The translations under genes were made by a program, and so were the position numbers. A stretch of DNA of 64,000 nt from Dudresnaya verticillata (taxonomy: Eukaryota), in contig OZ374564.1 in assembly GCA_977862235.1 (NCBI GenBank), positions 2,356,001 through 2,420,000 on the forward strand, in the 5' to 3' direction. Below are positions 50,531 through 62,629 of this stretch, one piece after another. The notes under the pieces are model-generated. The model ran no database searches. It worked only from the letters and a program-made list of their open reading frames with translations, and had not been told where the DNA came from. How positions within the stretch are numbered: position 1 is the first letter of the stretch; every line of letters starts with the position of its first letter.

Positions 50531-52834
50531 CTACGGCTTTTCCGTCGCAGACGGCCCAGATGGTGCATCATCCCCGACGCCATTGGCGGATTCTCTTAAC
50601 GCCTCTTCGTAGAGGTCGTCTTCCATCACCAACGGTGCGCTCGCAGCAGGGGCAGGGACGGACCGCAAGGGACCCGCCACAACCACTGCTGTCGAAGTCG
50701 CGACATCCGCCGCTGGCGACGCACCTGGCTCACAACCCGCCTTAGGCGACGACTGTTCGTCAACCGCCATAGGCGCAGCGTTAGAGTCATTATCCGCCTT
50801 AGGCGCTACACCAGGAAGCTCACTCGCCTCTGGCAGCGGAGCATCCTCAACCGCCTTGGGCGAAGTCTACGGCCCCGGCACCTCCGGTGACGGGGCCGCA
50901 TTAACCGCCAAAGGCGTCGAACGATCAACATCCGTCACTGACGAAGAGGCCACTGGAGCCTGCGGAACCGCCGTAGGCGCTGCCACCGCACCCGTCTTTG
51001 GCGGACTTTTGTTAACAACGTCAGTGGACGCAATGGCGGACGAACCCGCACAACCCGCCTTAGGCGACAAAGGCTTTTCGCCACTCCGTCATTAGACGCC
51101 GTACCTTCGTCGTTAGACGGCACAGTCGCAACGACGGTCGACGCCGGAACCGCAGCAACACTAGGCTGCAGAGCAGCCAGCAGCGAGTGCCCGAGGGGCG
51201 TCGTGGATGACCCACCCGACCCGTCAGTGACGACACCAGTGGCTCGCAAGAATGCGAGCACCGTGCGGCGCTGCTCCTCAGTCCATTCGGGCACTGCAGG
51301 AGGGCAATTCGCACCGTCAGCGACGTTGGAAAAGCCGCCTTGAGGCGTAACTGCAGACGCATAACTCGCCACGGGTGCGGCCATGATGGCATCACCATCA
51401 CCGTCATTGACGGGCACCGAGAGATCCAACGGCAAACCGACGGCACGCCAACAGGCACCACAGCCGACGATCCTACTGCCGCTGGCGAACTCGTCGCGGG
51501 AGCTGTCGCCCCCGCAGTAAGCTCAACCGCCATAGGCGTAATGACGTCCGTCCCAGACGGGTTAACCGGTCCGCTGTTAGCGTGGAACGCATCCTCCTCC
51601 GCCATCAAGGCGCTCAAGTGGGGTGGGAAATCCCCCGCAAAGTCGCAATTCTTGCGCAACCCACGTGGGTGATTCGCTGGCGTGAAGCGTTCCGTACGAC
51701 GATGACTCTCAGCGATGTTCTCCGTCGTAAGACGTTTGGTCCACGGGCTGTACCACACCCAATCACTACAGGCGGAATGATTTCTACTCATCGCGTGACG
51801 CGGACGGTTTGCCTTACGGCGCCTGTTTCCCGGCGTCACAGCAGCCGGGTCGTCCCAGTTGACGTTATCCGCCACATGGCGTAGCTCCCAGAACTCTTGG
51901 CAGTTCCTGGCACCGCCCAGCACTTCAGCCAAGTCAAGCCCGCCAAGGAGGCTGACTACGCGCGGCGGCACATAATAGAGCCGGAAGATGTCATACACCT
52001 CCCACATCCATGCGTAAGTTACGTTGATGACCCACTCGGTGAAAAATACGATCCAACATCGGGACTACGGATCCGTCCGCAACTCGGAGCCAATATACGT
52101 GACACACGGAGGCAATTCCGCCGCAAAGCCCTCGCAGGCCTCAAAGTCCCGCCACAACGGCGGGACGCGAATGAAGCAATGCGGCAACTTTCCCGCTCAA
52201 TGCGATCGACTTGCGTATCTTGATACGGCACAAAAACGCCTTTGCGGCGGCGCGTTTCGCACTCCCAACGGACGCAGCGCTCCCAATAGAAGGTGCCCGT
52301 CCTATGCAAGTATCGGAAATCCACTTTCAAGCGTACACCAAGGAGGTTAGCCTCCTGAAGCACCCGCGGCTCAGCCGAAACAGCCAAATGGCTTAATGAC
52401 AACGTCCCAAGACGGTCCCCATACCCAACCTCGCCATTTGTGCGGTACTGCCCTGCATCAAATTCAAAGACGGTGGGCGTCAATACCGACCCCGGATAGC
52501 GGGTAACCCGCCGATACACGTCAACGACAAAACGCGCATGCGCATATACACGCGTCTGACCGGCGGCAATACGCAGCCAACCCCTCGGAATGGCGCACCG
52601 ATGGCGCCACTCGTTCGTCCACACGACGGCCAGGGGCAACTCCCCTGGCAAAAATCCGCTCACAGCGTAATGGGTGATGAGGTCCTCGTGTCGCAGGGCC
52701 TCCTGGTCGAACCAAGGGGCCCGCGAGAATAATCGCGCATCGTTGCGGGGAGTCCTCCCGACAAAGTCGAATGGTGACGGATACACCGGCGCCGCCGAAG
52801 GCGCAGCCACTTGTAGGCCATTGAACTGTGCCAT
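50531..52834 (-). pseudogene. Antisense accessory ORF of the chromovirus, function unknown
   Basis: Consecutive minus-strand ORFs 52019-52834, 51060-52007, 50935-51435 and 50531-50770 between pol and the PPT; Trp/Arg-rich globular part followed by an Ala/Pro/Ser/Val-rich tail. Confidence 0.65.
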
Positions 52835-53295
52835 TACGTCTGAGACGTTGAGTAATCACACGGCACTGGCGAAACACACATGATACGTCAACGACGGTCT
52901 TGGACTCCGAAGTCGAGTCAACTACGCCAAAGGCGGAAGCAAACAAAACACACGTCAACGACGCTGGACCGAACAACGCCGAAGGCGGACCTCAAAGAAA
53001 CGCCCTAGGCGATAAGCGCACGCACGCGTGCACAGATACGACGTCAACGACGGGGTTTCACGCACGCCACTGGCGAAGTTAGTCAACGACACGTCTTCGA
53101 CGGGAATTGTTCCTACGCCAAGGGCGGGTGGGCAACTGAACGTGCGTTTTTGACGGGGCTCAACCAACGCCAAGGGTGGGCAAATGCAGACGCGAAGGCG
53201 CGGGTGACCGACACGATCGGCACTGGAAGAGACGCGGACGAGGAATGCAGGCAGGCTGAAACAGGTTGACGTGATCGCGTTTTCGGAGGGGGTCG

Positions 53296-54208
53296 TGTAG
53301 TGCCAGGGGGGGTCCCCCGTTTTCGCTTTCAAGCGGGTTGATATGCAGCGTCTACCGACGGACGACCGCCAACGGCGCGCTCAACCCGCCCGCGGCGCAA
53401 ACACGTCACCGACGCATGCCGCTGGCCACTTGGGCCAGAACGGCTCGCTTGGCGTGCAGACCGCAAGCCTGAATCAGGGACACTGTACGGCGCCACGCGT
53501 ACGCGCATGGCGCAGTGGCGGGAACGTTCGCTGTAAGCGTGGCCCGAATCCGGATCCAATCGGGATCCCACATCGGGATCAGACATCGGGATTAAGAGGT
53601 GTAAGGCACGCGCCTGTAAGCCTGGCGCATCCGCATGACTGGCCCGAATCCGGACTGGATCGGGATTGGTGCGGATCGAGATCGCACGCGCCATGGGGCG
53701 CATGCGGCTGTAAGGAAGTAATCCACGTGTAGGTGTAAGGACTCGGGCGGGGAAGCTACGCGTGATCTGTCAGGAGCGCGGCTGCATGACGGACGGATCT
53801 GTCAGACGCGCCTCGGGACAACACGTGTCCCGAGTTCCCGCGTGGCGCGTACACACGCGTCGCCGTCGCTAGGTAATTCTATACTTAGTTGATCCGTCTC
53901 AGACGTCACAGTAAACCCTGGCAAGCCGGCTTTGGTCCAGACTTCCCCGTTCAGCACGCGCGTACCCTACCGCTGCCTACGGCTAAGCGTCTACCTCCCA
54001 TGCTTCCACGTCTCTACCCATCTTTGACGTGTTCCCTTTTTGTTCTCTTTTGTTCTTCCTTTCCGCCTCGGGCGTTTACAGTCCGCCCAAGGCGAGTCAA
54101 CTGCTCTACCACGAGTCGCCCAAGGCGAGGCTACTCACTGCCACGGCGTCGCTACCCACCGAGCCCCGAACTGCTCGGCGGTGTTCCGTCTACGACGTTT
54201 GCACTACA
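53296..54208 (+). repeat. 3' LTR (913 bp), preceded by PPT GGAGGGGG (53285-53292)
   Basis: Direct repeat of 41003-41914. Confidence 0.97.
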
Positions 54209-54663
54209 GAGCGCTCTAAGCTCCTTCCTGAGATCGCAGACATGCGTGCGTGTCTGAAACGGGTCAGGCTCTTCCTTTTGCGCTTGTGCAATATGTGCCA
54301 AACTCTCTAACGTGAGATACGTCAGGCGACTAAAATCGAGCTTGAAGTTAGCAAGTCTCTTGCAAGCCTTAAAACCGAAAAGCACTTCGAGCTGGTCGAT
54401 GACCTGATTCCGCACGGCCGAATCTCTAAGTCTGCGGAACTCGAGTGCATGCGCGAAACGCGAGCAGCGAAGCGAAGGACTTTCGGGGCGAGTTATTCAC
54501 GGAAGAGGGCAAAGACGAAGAGTTCGCAATGGCCGTGTCCCATTACAAATGTGTGCAATGCATTCCACTGCTGGTCTACAGGCTTCCCGCAGTGGCAACC
54601 CTTGATGGTAAGTGCTAGGACCGTTCTCATCTTAAATACAGCCCGATGGCAGTCTACTCAGTT

Positions 54664-55354
54664 CTAGACGGAATCGGAAGAAGGGTCTTCTACATTACGG
54701 TCTTGACGTCCTCGGACGACACGAACGGAACTATGCAGTTCTTGAATCCGGATCCTGACGTTGCGAAGTGTTCTCAACGTCCTTCTCCCGAAGTCATGCA
54801 CAAGGTGTCTTACGAAATCAAATGCCCTTTGTACTTCGGTTTCTAGCTCCCGCACAGTGTTGCGAAGATGGTAGATTTCAGCACGTAGAAGTGCCAACTC
54901 TCGCTACACTTCGGCCATTGTTGAATTGACAGGCAGCGGCATTGTTTTTGTACGAGGTCTGAAAAAGTCACATGGAAGCTTGAAACTGATTCTCAATGTC
55001 GAATTCCAGGTCGGGCTCATCTTCTTCGTTGCGTTGTATCCCCAACACCCTTTCGATTGACCGCAGCCGTCTTCTAGCACTTCGGGCAATATGAACGGCG
55101 TTTATCACTACTCTGGACAATCGGTCCATAACAGCGGCAACCACCGCCCTCATTCGTCGTCGAGCTCTTTCCACTGCCGTCCTTAATCCTTCCACCTCGC
55201 CTCGAAGAGCACGCAATTCGGACAGTAGGCGAGCAGTGTCGACTTCTGAACCTCCGCTGCCTTGGTTGCGACGAGCGTGCATGGATGCCATAATTCCTTC
55301 CAGCTGGAAATGTGCAGTGGACCGTCCACCGCCCTCGACTGGCAGTATGTACAT
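54664..55354 (-). other. Short coiled-coil-like ORF remnants
   Basis: LLSELRALRGEVEGLRTAVE and LLRAEIYHLRNTVRELETEV show heptad patterns; no family recognised. Confidence 0.3.
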
Positions 55355-55594
55355 CCGGTATAGCCCAAAAATAGATGGAGCAGACTTTCATGGCTCTCTA
55401 TCACAACCCTACATCATGTGAAGATCCCATGCGAAGAATGCGTTTAAGTCTCGCAGCAGTGCTGCCGGTTCCTCCGGACCCTTAAAAGTGTACATATACG
55501 GCCTCTCCGCCAACTCATCGCAAAATGTGAAGGAAAATACAGCCATGAGATGCTCTTCCTCCTTGCCGAGCTCCCGCAACCCGTGCTGGTGCAT

Positions 55595-56605
55595 TTATGT
55601 CTTCAGTCCGTGGGCGTCGTTACCCAGTTGCAGTACTGCCTTCCCAACCTTATCTGGACCACACAGCAGCCAAACTGCGTCACCACCTTTGCGTTTCGGT
55701 CGATCGCATGACAGCGGTTTCTCCCTAGGTTTTCCTGTACGTTTCCCAGACTGTTGCTTACCTGCGGATATCATTAGAGTCTGTGATTCCCTTTCAGACT
55801 GATCAGTGCGTACCCGCTTTATGTCCGGCTGTTTGTCTATCTGTTTTGCCGAACGCTTCTGTGCTTGGACCCCTGCGTCTTGAGACGACCCGTTCTGCTT
55901 CTCCTCGGCCATGGGGTGCAGGCGTGCACGAGCCAGTCTGTATGTTTCCGGATTTCTTTCGACGAGGCAACACTCCCTGTCTGTCCGAACGCAGGCAATG
56001 CCTGTGGTCATTGTCCCCGCGTGAGAGTCTAGGACCGAGCCGCCTTCAGGGCAGCAGATTGTGATGATCTCAGTAAGTGCATCAGGATTTTTCTCCTCCG
56101 TCAGAACTGGTGCCCTGCTAGTCCCTGGCTTCATGAGCTTATCTCTGGGTACGGGAACAGAGGTCATCACAACAAACTCTCGTCGCTCCTTACACGAGAT
56201 GAGGTGGTATGGGCTGGAGAGGGCTGGAGAGAAAGAGTTCTTGGATGTACCCTTGCGCCTTCCGAAGGCTGCTGCCTCAGCCCCATTCTGCAGTCCCTTC
56301 TTGCGACTTATCTGGACAGTAGTTGCGTCTTTGCAGAGTAAGAAAGGGCACTGCATACTATCGAAATTGTTGTCGGTAAGTGCCTTTTGAAACTGCGGGA
56401 ATTTCAAGAAGCTGCAGAACAGAAACACCCAACCACCCTCCTTCACAACACGTCCACAAAAGTCGCAAAGGCGCTTGATGTCTTCTTCACTGAAATGGTT
56501 TGCGTATGCAGTTCCAGCATTTGACATTCCCTTCGGGGTACAATACGGAGGGTCAGCAAGCACGAGGTCAAATAGAGGACTGCATTCATTCCTGAGATTG
56601 GTCAT
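55595..56605 (-). CDS. DNA amino-methyltransferase (N6-A/N4-C), beta-class motif order; C-terminal part of a larger broken ORF
   Basis: FDLVLADPPY (motif IV), RVVKEGGWVFLF, then EEKNPDAL..I...CPEGGSVLDSHAGTMTTGIAC (motifs X/I) and LVERN..Y..A..RL. Confidence 0.85.
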   Translation of the reverse strand: MTNLRNECSPLFDLVLADPPYCTPKGMSNAGTAYANHFSEEDIKRLCDFCGRVVKEGGWVFLFCSFLKFPQFQKALTDNNFDSMQCPFLLCKDATTVQISRKKGLQNGAEAAAFGRRKGTSKNSFSPALSSPYHLISCKERREFVVMTSVPVPRDKLMKPGTSRAPVLTEEKNPDALTEIITICCPEGGSVLDSHAGTMTTGIACVRTDRECCLVERNPETYRLARARLHPMAEEKQNGSSQDAGVQAQKRSAKQIDKQPDIKRVRTDQSERESQTLMISAGKQQSGKRTGKPREKPLSCDRPKRKGGDAVWLLCGPDKVGKAVLQLGNDAHGLKT

Positions 56606-56833
56606 ATTCCTCCCACTTCATCTGATATGTTCGTATCCTGCATTTGGAAGACGGGTCCTTCTACTCCACATCATAACCGGTATCCAGTCTCTCCGACTTG
56701 CGTGTTGAAGAAACAGAACGACTACCCGGTCCAATACACTCGTTCTGGATGTCATTGTTACCAGCTAATGCGCCTGTGTCGTTGTCGTCTGTAGGATCCA
56801 GGCCCGATTGCGTATTCTGCCTCTGTGTGTCAG

Positions 56834-58415
56834 TTACAGTCTCCTTAACGGCTTCCGACTTCTTTTGGCCACCAAGGACCCCCTTCGAGTCTTTTGCTTT
56901 CCCCCTTGAGGTTTTCCATCAACTTCAGAACTCGTCTTATCAATCTCGGAAGCTGAAACTATTGGCTTGTCACTTTCTCCTATATCTGGAGATGTATCTT
57001 TCCCAGAATCAGTTTCTGCTTGGAACTGGTGCTTGAATTTCTTTTCCTTAACGGGAGCTTGTTGCGGGCATTCCCTTCGATAAGCGGCTATCAAGGGCTT
57101 GAGCACATCGTGGTCATTTCCGAAGTTTGCACGCACCTCGTGGTCCAGCTTCGTGGAACGAAGGAGGTTCTGGCGAATGACGTTCATACCTTCAGGGCAA
57201 CTCTGGCTCTCGATAAGGCGTTCGAATTTCCGTGCTTCCCTCATTGCTGCTTACGCCCTTCCAAATTGTTCCAGAGTCTGAAAGCTGGTGACTGACCGGA
57301 AACTCTGAAGTCTATGTACTTCGCGTAGTCGGTACAAAGTTGAAATCTGTATTTCTACGCCATCCTCCAGTTTGTTCCCATTCATGAAGTCGATTGCAGA
57401 CTTCAGTGATGAAATGTGGATGAACTTTCTGTAGACTCGGCAGTCAACCGTTCTCATTGCTCCTTCCTTGTCGAGTGTTGTACCTTGTCTCCTGTCATCT
57501 TTGCAGCTAGATCCGGTCTCTCCTCATTTGCAATTTGTCCAATTGTGTGAATTACTCTCGTATCCAACCGCATAACTGTCTGAGCAGTCTGTTTAATGGT
57601 GTTGTTCCGATATAACTTCGAACCGTCATACGCCTCCGCAAGTTTTGGGGCATTTGGTTATTTCCCAGTCTTGGCCTGCAACCTCTCCGCCTCCTCCCGC
57701 AGACCGCGGACCAGGTCAAAAATTTAGTCTCGATAAAGTACCCCTGGTCGTGTTTCTCATTCTGATGTCGTGCCAGCTGCCGGAGCTTATGGACGTTGAG
57801 CCCACCCTTCAAAATCGTTACCGGCCATGCGAAAGACGGCCAGACTGTTGGCAACTCCTCCATTAACTCCAAAATATCGCAATGTCTATGCAAGCCGTCA
57901 ACAATGTCGTACCATTTAGAGCGATTTTTTGCCTTCTCCAAAGACTCCTCCTCCGTGTACTCCTTCCCTTCCCCTTTCATATTCTTGAAACCCGCAACGA
58001 CGTGACCCCACAGAGACCCTGTCATTTTGATGACAATTGGAGCGTCAGACCCGGCGACGTACCCAATGGTACCTTCCCCACCTTTCTTCTCTGATGAGTG
58101 TAGATGAATGCGAGCTTTGAGGCGTTCCACTCCGGAGCGCACCATGGGTCTTATTGCCGTTAGCGGGAAGCACGCCCTGGGGTCAATTCTCATATTCACG
58201 AAACCCTCCATCACGTCAGAAAACAATGCCCTCCCCATACTTGCAGAAGAGAAATTTTGGTCCGCTTCAGACTGTGTAACAGCACCCTTTCCAGAACTTG
58301 TCTTGCCCATCCAGCCAAAAGTATAATTCAGCACTTTTGAACAAACGGTCGCCGTACGTCTTTCCAACTGGTTGCCGTAGGTATTTCCAACTGGTTGCGT
58401 TAAGCTGATGAGCAC
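56834..58415 (-). pseudogene. ParB/Srx-like domain plus helical region upstream of the MTase (probably the same ancestral gene)
   Basis: IRP......ERLKARI...WYDIVDGLHR..I.EL ParB-type motif. Collinear ORFs 57552-58415, 57251-57457 and 56834-57244 lead into the MTase through stops and frameshifts. Confidence 0.65.
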
Positions 58416-59559
58416 GGGATAAGCGTTGCGGTTTCCACGAATAGCACTTCGGGTTTACAAAAGTATGTCCGTAGTCAGGTCAGTGGTCACGGCATCGAAA
58501 GACGGGATATATCATGCCGGTTTCCAGCTTTAACCTGGAAACGAAGTTTGTCCGCATGACTAACAGCCTCACGTACGGGTTTTAACTTTGCCGGAAAGAT
58601 AGTTAGAGCCCTGTACCATTTGTGGTGCCCTGATACATTCCGCGAGATTACATGAAGCTACAAATCACTGCAGGGTTCTATTGGTCGTCGGTAAATATAT
58701 CGACGTATTGTGCGGTAGGCGTGTTCACAGTAAGTTCGTACTTTCTAAGAAAATATTTGGAAGTCAGTTCTAACCGTCCAACCGTACAGTGATTCCGATT
58801 CACAGCTGCCCTACTAGGGTATCTAAACGATGCTCAAGGCGGGTAAGAAATGGGCATACGAAATAGTTCCACAACGTGGAGGGGAAATTGGAAGTACGTG
58901 TGCCTGCGTAGGCACACTCCCTTGGACTGGGGGTGATGTGGACGATTCGCAAACGTACAGTCATTCCCATTGTACCAAAATGAACTTGTTCCTCAGACAC
59001 GATAGAAATAACCTCGGGTTTTCGAATTGGCAAGAGATTACTGTCCGCCCTCACAAAGTCGTTTAACATTGACATTTTCTGAAACCTGCGCCTCCACCCT
59101 GTAGATATGGTCATCATAAGACCACTGCAGCACCGAAACAAACTGATGATCACGATCTGCCATCGGATGCCACGACAAACGTAAGTATGCGTGTTACCCA
59201 ATGATACAAGTAATATCAAGGTCAGCGAAATGATTAATACCATACGTGAGACCATAATAGAGCCTGTACCAGTGTGTCCAAGTGATCCCTGTAAATACGT
59301 TCTAGAATTCTGCACAGATCAACATGCCCGCGTTCTAGCAATACAGAAAAGCCCTATTCTGCGGAGGTTCAGACAGTCTGATCTGCGGTTCCACCTAATA
59401 TCTGGGCGGTGTATGTGAACTATCCAGCAAATTGAGGCTGCATTTTTGCAGGGTCCTCATACTGCTGCCGGTATAAGTGCTTCGGTACAGTAAGGTCATT
59501 CTGATTACCGGAATTTGAACATGTCCAATCGAAGATATATCCCTATTTGTATATAGAGA

Positions 59560-60270
59560 ATGCCTAAGCCACGTACACAGCAAAAACCATTAGCTACAAG
59601 TGTTACTTTCCGTTTAAAAGCGCGCAATCGTAGCATTTCACAGACCTCCTCGACGGTACTGAGGAACATAAATACGGCTGTACACACAGAGAAGAGGATT
59701 TCTTGCCGAATTGTAGTCATTCCTATTACTGTCGACATGCTCATTGACCTCCCGGTGTTGCCGGACGACATACAGTCCGGTTTCTGCGCATTTCATGACC
59801 TCATGCGCTGTGAATTGAGGCGTCGATTGGCAGAGCAGCAGCGTCGCCTTAATGGTGACTCTTTGCAATTTTCGGAACGCATAATGCGATCCTTGGAGGT
59901 GAAGGATGAAGAAGGAGTCATGGAACAGAACCGTGCTCGGGAGTTTGAGGTCGTTATGGGTCAATACGATCATGAACAGAACATGCTCACAGTGGTATAC
60001 CATGGGGGTATGAAGAAGCTCGATTACGTATCGGGGGATGCTTTCTCCGGATCCGAAGCTCATGAAATCGATACCGTCTTGGTCGAGGCTATTCGCCTGG
60101 CAAGCGAGCCAGTACGGGAGATGGAGCGAATGTGCCGCCTTCTCCTGACTTGGCATTTTGCCAAAACTAACGCAGAAAGGATTGTGGAGGTAAAGGAGGC
60201 AAGGGTGGCCCATGCGGAGCATGACGTGCGCGTCATGTATAGGAAAGCTTCGTCGTGCAAGTCTGTTTAA
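59560..60270 (+). CDS. Hypothetical protein (cargo or element-encoded)
   Basis: 236-aa ATG ORF with protein-like composition; a 287-aa antisense ORF overlaps it, so the strand is uncertain. Confidence 0.3.
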   Translation: MPKPRTQQKPLATSVTFRLKARNRSISQTSSTVLRNINTAVHTEKRISCRIVVIPITVDMLIDLPVLPDDIQSGFCAFHDLMRCELRRRLAEQQRRLNGDSLQFSERIMRSLEVKDEEGVMEQNRAREFEVVMGQYDHEQNMLTVVYHGGMKKLDYVSGDAFSGSEAHEIDTVLVEAIRLASEPVREMERMCRLLLTWHFAKTNAERIVEVKEARVAHAEHDVRVMYRKASSCKSV

Positions 60271-60589
60271 TATCGACCAAGGATGAAGTCGACCGATCAA
60301 TCTGATTGCGTAGCAAGGAGTAGTACTTGGAGACGCGCGTCGGTTTTGACTACGTGTGCTTATGGCCGTACCTTTCGTCGTCGGTAATGTTAGAAAAGAA
60401 AAGACGTAGACGGTTGTATTCTCGACGAGCGACGTAATACGAATTACGCTCCAGGCGGCTTTTGAATTTGCCATGTCCCCGCGAGAGTACTTCCAGCACA
60501 ATAGCTGTGTCGGGATTTGACATCAGCTTCTTTTCCTCTCTCTGCTGAATATCAACTAGGAAGGCCTTGAAACCCCCAACTCGTTCCGT

Positions 60590-61315
60590 TTATCCGTAGT
60601 TCTTTGCATTTGCCTGTTCATGAACGCGTTCCATAAATGTAGGAAAAGCAGACCGGTCGAATAGTCTGATTCCCAGTGCCTCAAGGCCGGTGAACCGCTT
60701 GCCTTCGGAGATGCAGTTGTCAATTAATACGAGTAAGTTGGACTCACCAATGCGGCGGACCATATCTTTGTCAGTTTCCTCTGGTCTGCACAGGGCATTG
60801 AAATCCAGACACGACAGATACTGGCTCTTCCCAAGCAGTTCATCATTGACCTCTCGTGCAGGCTCCCCAGGTACTAAGTCAGACATCTTCCCCTTACGTA
60901 CGAGGGTGTGCGTTCGGACTACCACAGGGGTTAGTACATCAGCGGGGGAATTCTGCATCAGGAACTTGGATCGCTATTGTTCCGCTGGGCTATATACCGT
61001 GTACTTTTTGTACCTAAATACAAGATGGGATTCATCATGCCTGCCACGTCGAATCTTCAGACACGCGAAGTTTAACCCGCTATCCTCTCGAAACCGGGAC
61101 AAGCATATTGATTCCTTCTTCGCCACGTTTTCGGAGCAGTTGATACTGCACATGTTGATATCGACGCTTGTTTCAATACATGTGCGAGCCTGAGCCCTGT
61201 ATTGTGGAAGGGGAGTATGCGCCGGCAAAATAGAGTTATCAATAGTGGTATCAGAACGACCTATCTGGGTTCTCGTCTTCATTTCAGCAACCTCGGCTGA
61301 TGGTATCCCTCCCAA
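60590..61315 (-). pseudogene. Hypothetical protein with an in-frame stop
   Basis: ORFs 60974-61315 and 60590-60958 are in frame, 15 nt apart. Confidence 0.3.
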
Positions 61316-62083
61316 CTGTACTCAGACCCGTTCAGGCATTACGAAACGAGCTGGGCACAATTATGCTTTAAGACCCACTGAGACGCATGGCACAGGCAGT
61401 AAACAACCGAGGTGCATTGGCAATTGCCGCATGTACTATATCCTTTTCATGAAGAGGCTATCTACGCCTTGCAGGCAGCACCATACCGGCACCAGGAACC
61501 CGCAATGGCAGCTGACGAGTCAATGTGAAGTGGGTCAACAAATGTCGCCAACAGCGGAAACATGTCCCTTTCATGAGCACGTCTTGTTTATTTAACAGCG
61601 TAGATTGTCAGTGCTTCAGTTATTGAGTACACTGAATTTTATTAACCCTGACGCCTCTGGGGAGCAGGGTCGTAGGAGTTTGGACGCTATTCTCAAACGC
61701 AATGGTGGTGGACTGGAAGCGATCCCCCTCAAGGTTGAATGAGTTTACCAAACGCCGCATTTACTTTCCCCCAATGGAGCTTGCAAAGTTGCCTCAATGG
61801 ATGAGCCTACGGACATGGTTGGAACGGGGAACCTTTGTAGTGTCGACAACGCAATCGGTCGCGGGCGTGGTTACCCGGGAAACAGCTGCAGGCTTATACA
61901 TTTTATTATCATTACCTAACGAACTACGTAGTGTTGGATACATGTCATCGAATGGCCATACTTGTGTCTGCGAGTTGTCATGACATCGGCATGTGGCGTC
62001 CCATCGTACAGAAATACGGGCGGGCGGGTCGTGCAACGCGGTCGGGGAGCGACGGGCAGGGCGCGCTGACGAGGTGACGGCAG

Positions 62084-62629
62084 CGGGATCCACGGTGTGC
62101 ACGAGGGTGGGCAACCGCGACAGCAGGTTTTGCCCAAGGAGTTGTGCCTCGCGGGGCGGGGCGGGGGGCGGGTGACGAGGCAGTCTGTATGCGGTCGCGT
62201 GCGGATTTTTGCACAGACGCGCAAAGCACAGTGCACCCGTTGCACCAGAAAGCCGAAAAACTGGTGACGGGGTAGTCTGTAGGCGGCGTCGAGCACGCGC
62301 GGGGCGGGCCAGATGGGCGATGCGGCGCGCATCAGCGCGCGCGGCGAGGGGCATGCTGCGGGCCGGCAATTTCCAATTTGGCCCAGAGCGGACCGCGGAG
62401 TGGGCCGGGCGGGCCAAATCGACGCAAGGAAATTGAAATTCGGAATACCTGGAAATATTTTGGGTAAATTCACGCAAACCGCCATAACTTTGGAAGGAAT
62501 GGTCCGTTAGCCAATCGGATTTCACCACCGTACTCAGGGGACGCTCCCCTTTCCAACGCTATCAGAAAATAGCTATTCGACTCCAGTCTGTTTCGAAAGT
62601 CATATTTTGAAATCGCTCAAATGCGTGTT
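62084..62629 (-). repeat. Right terminal inverted repeat (~546 bp)
   Basis: Ends TGAAATCGCTCAAATGCGTGTT and is followed by TSD GAGG. Confidence 0.95.

Larger units (their letters stand above)
41003..54208 (+). mobile_element. Full-length Ty3/Gypsy chromovirus LTR retrotransposon (13.2 kb) nested in the giant transposon
   Basis: Two near-identical LTRs, TSD GAGTG/GAGCG (1 mismatch), PBS, gag, PR-RT-RH-IN-chromodomain, PPT. Confidence 0.97.
24549..62629. mobile_element. Giant (~38 kb; ~25 kb without the nested retroelement) TIR DNA transposon, Sola-like, with cargo
   Basis: TIRs at 24549-25097 and 62084-62629; TSD GAGG at 24545-24548 and 62630-62633; flanks rejoin into one integrase frame; internal transposase. 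Confidence 0.92.
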
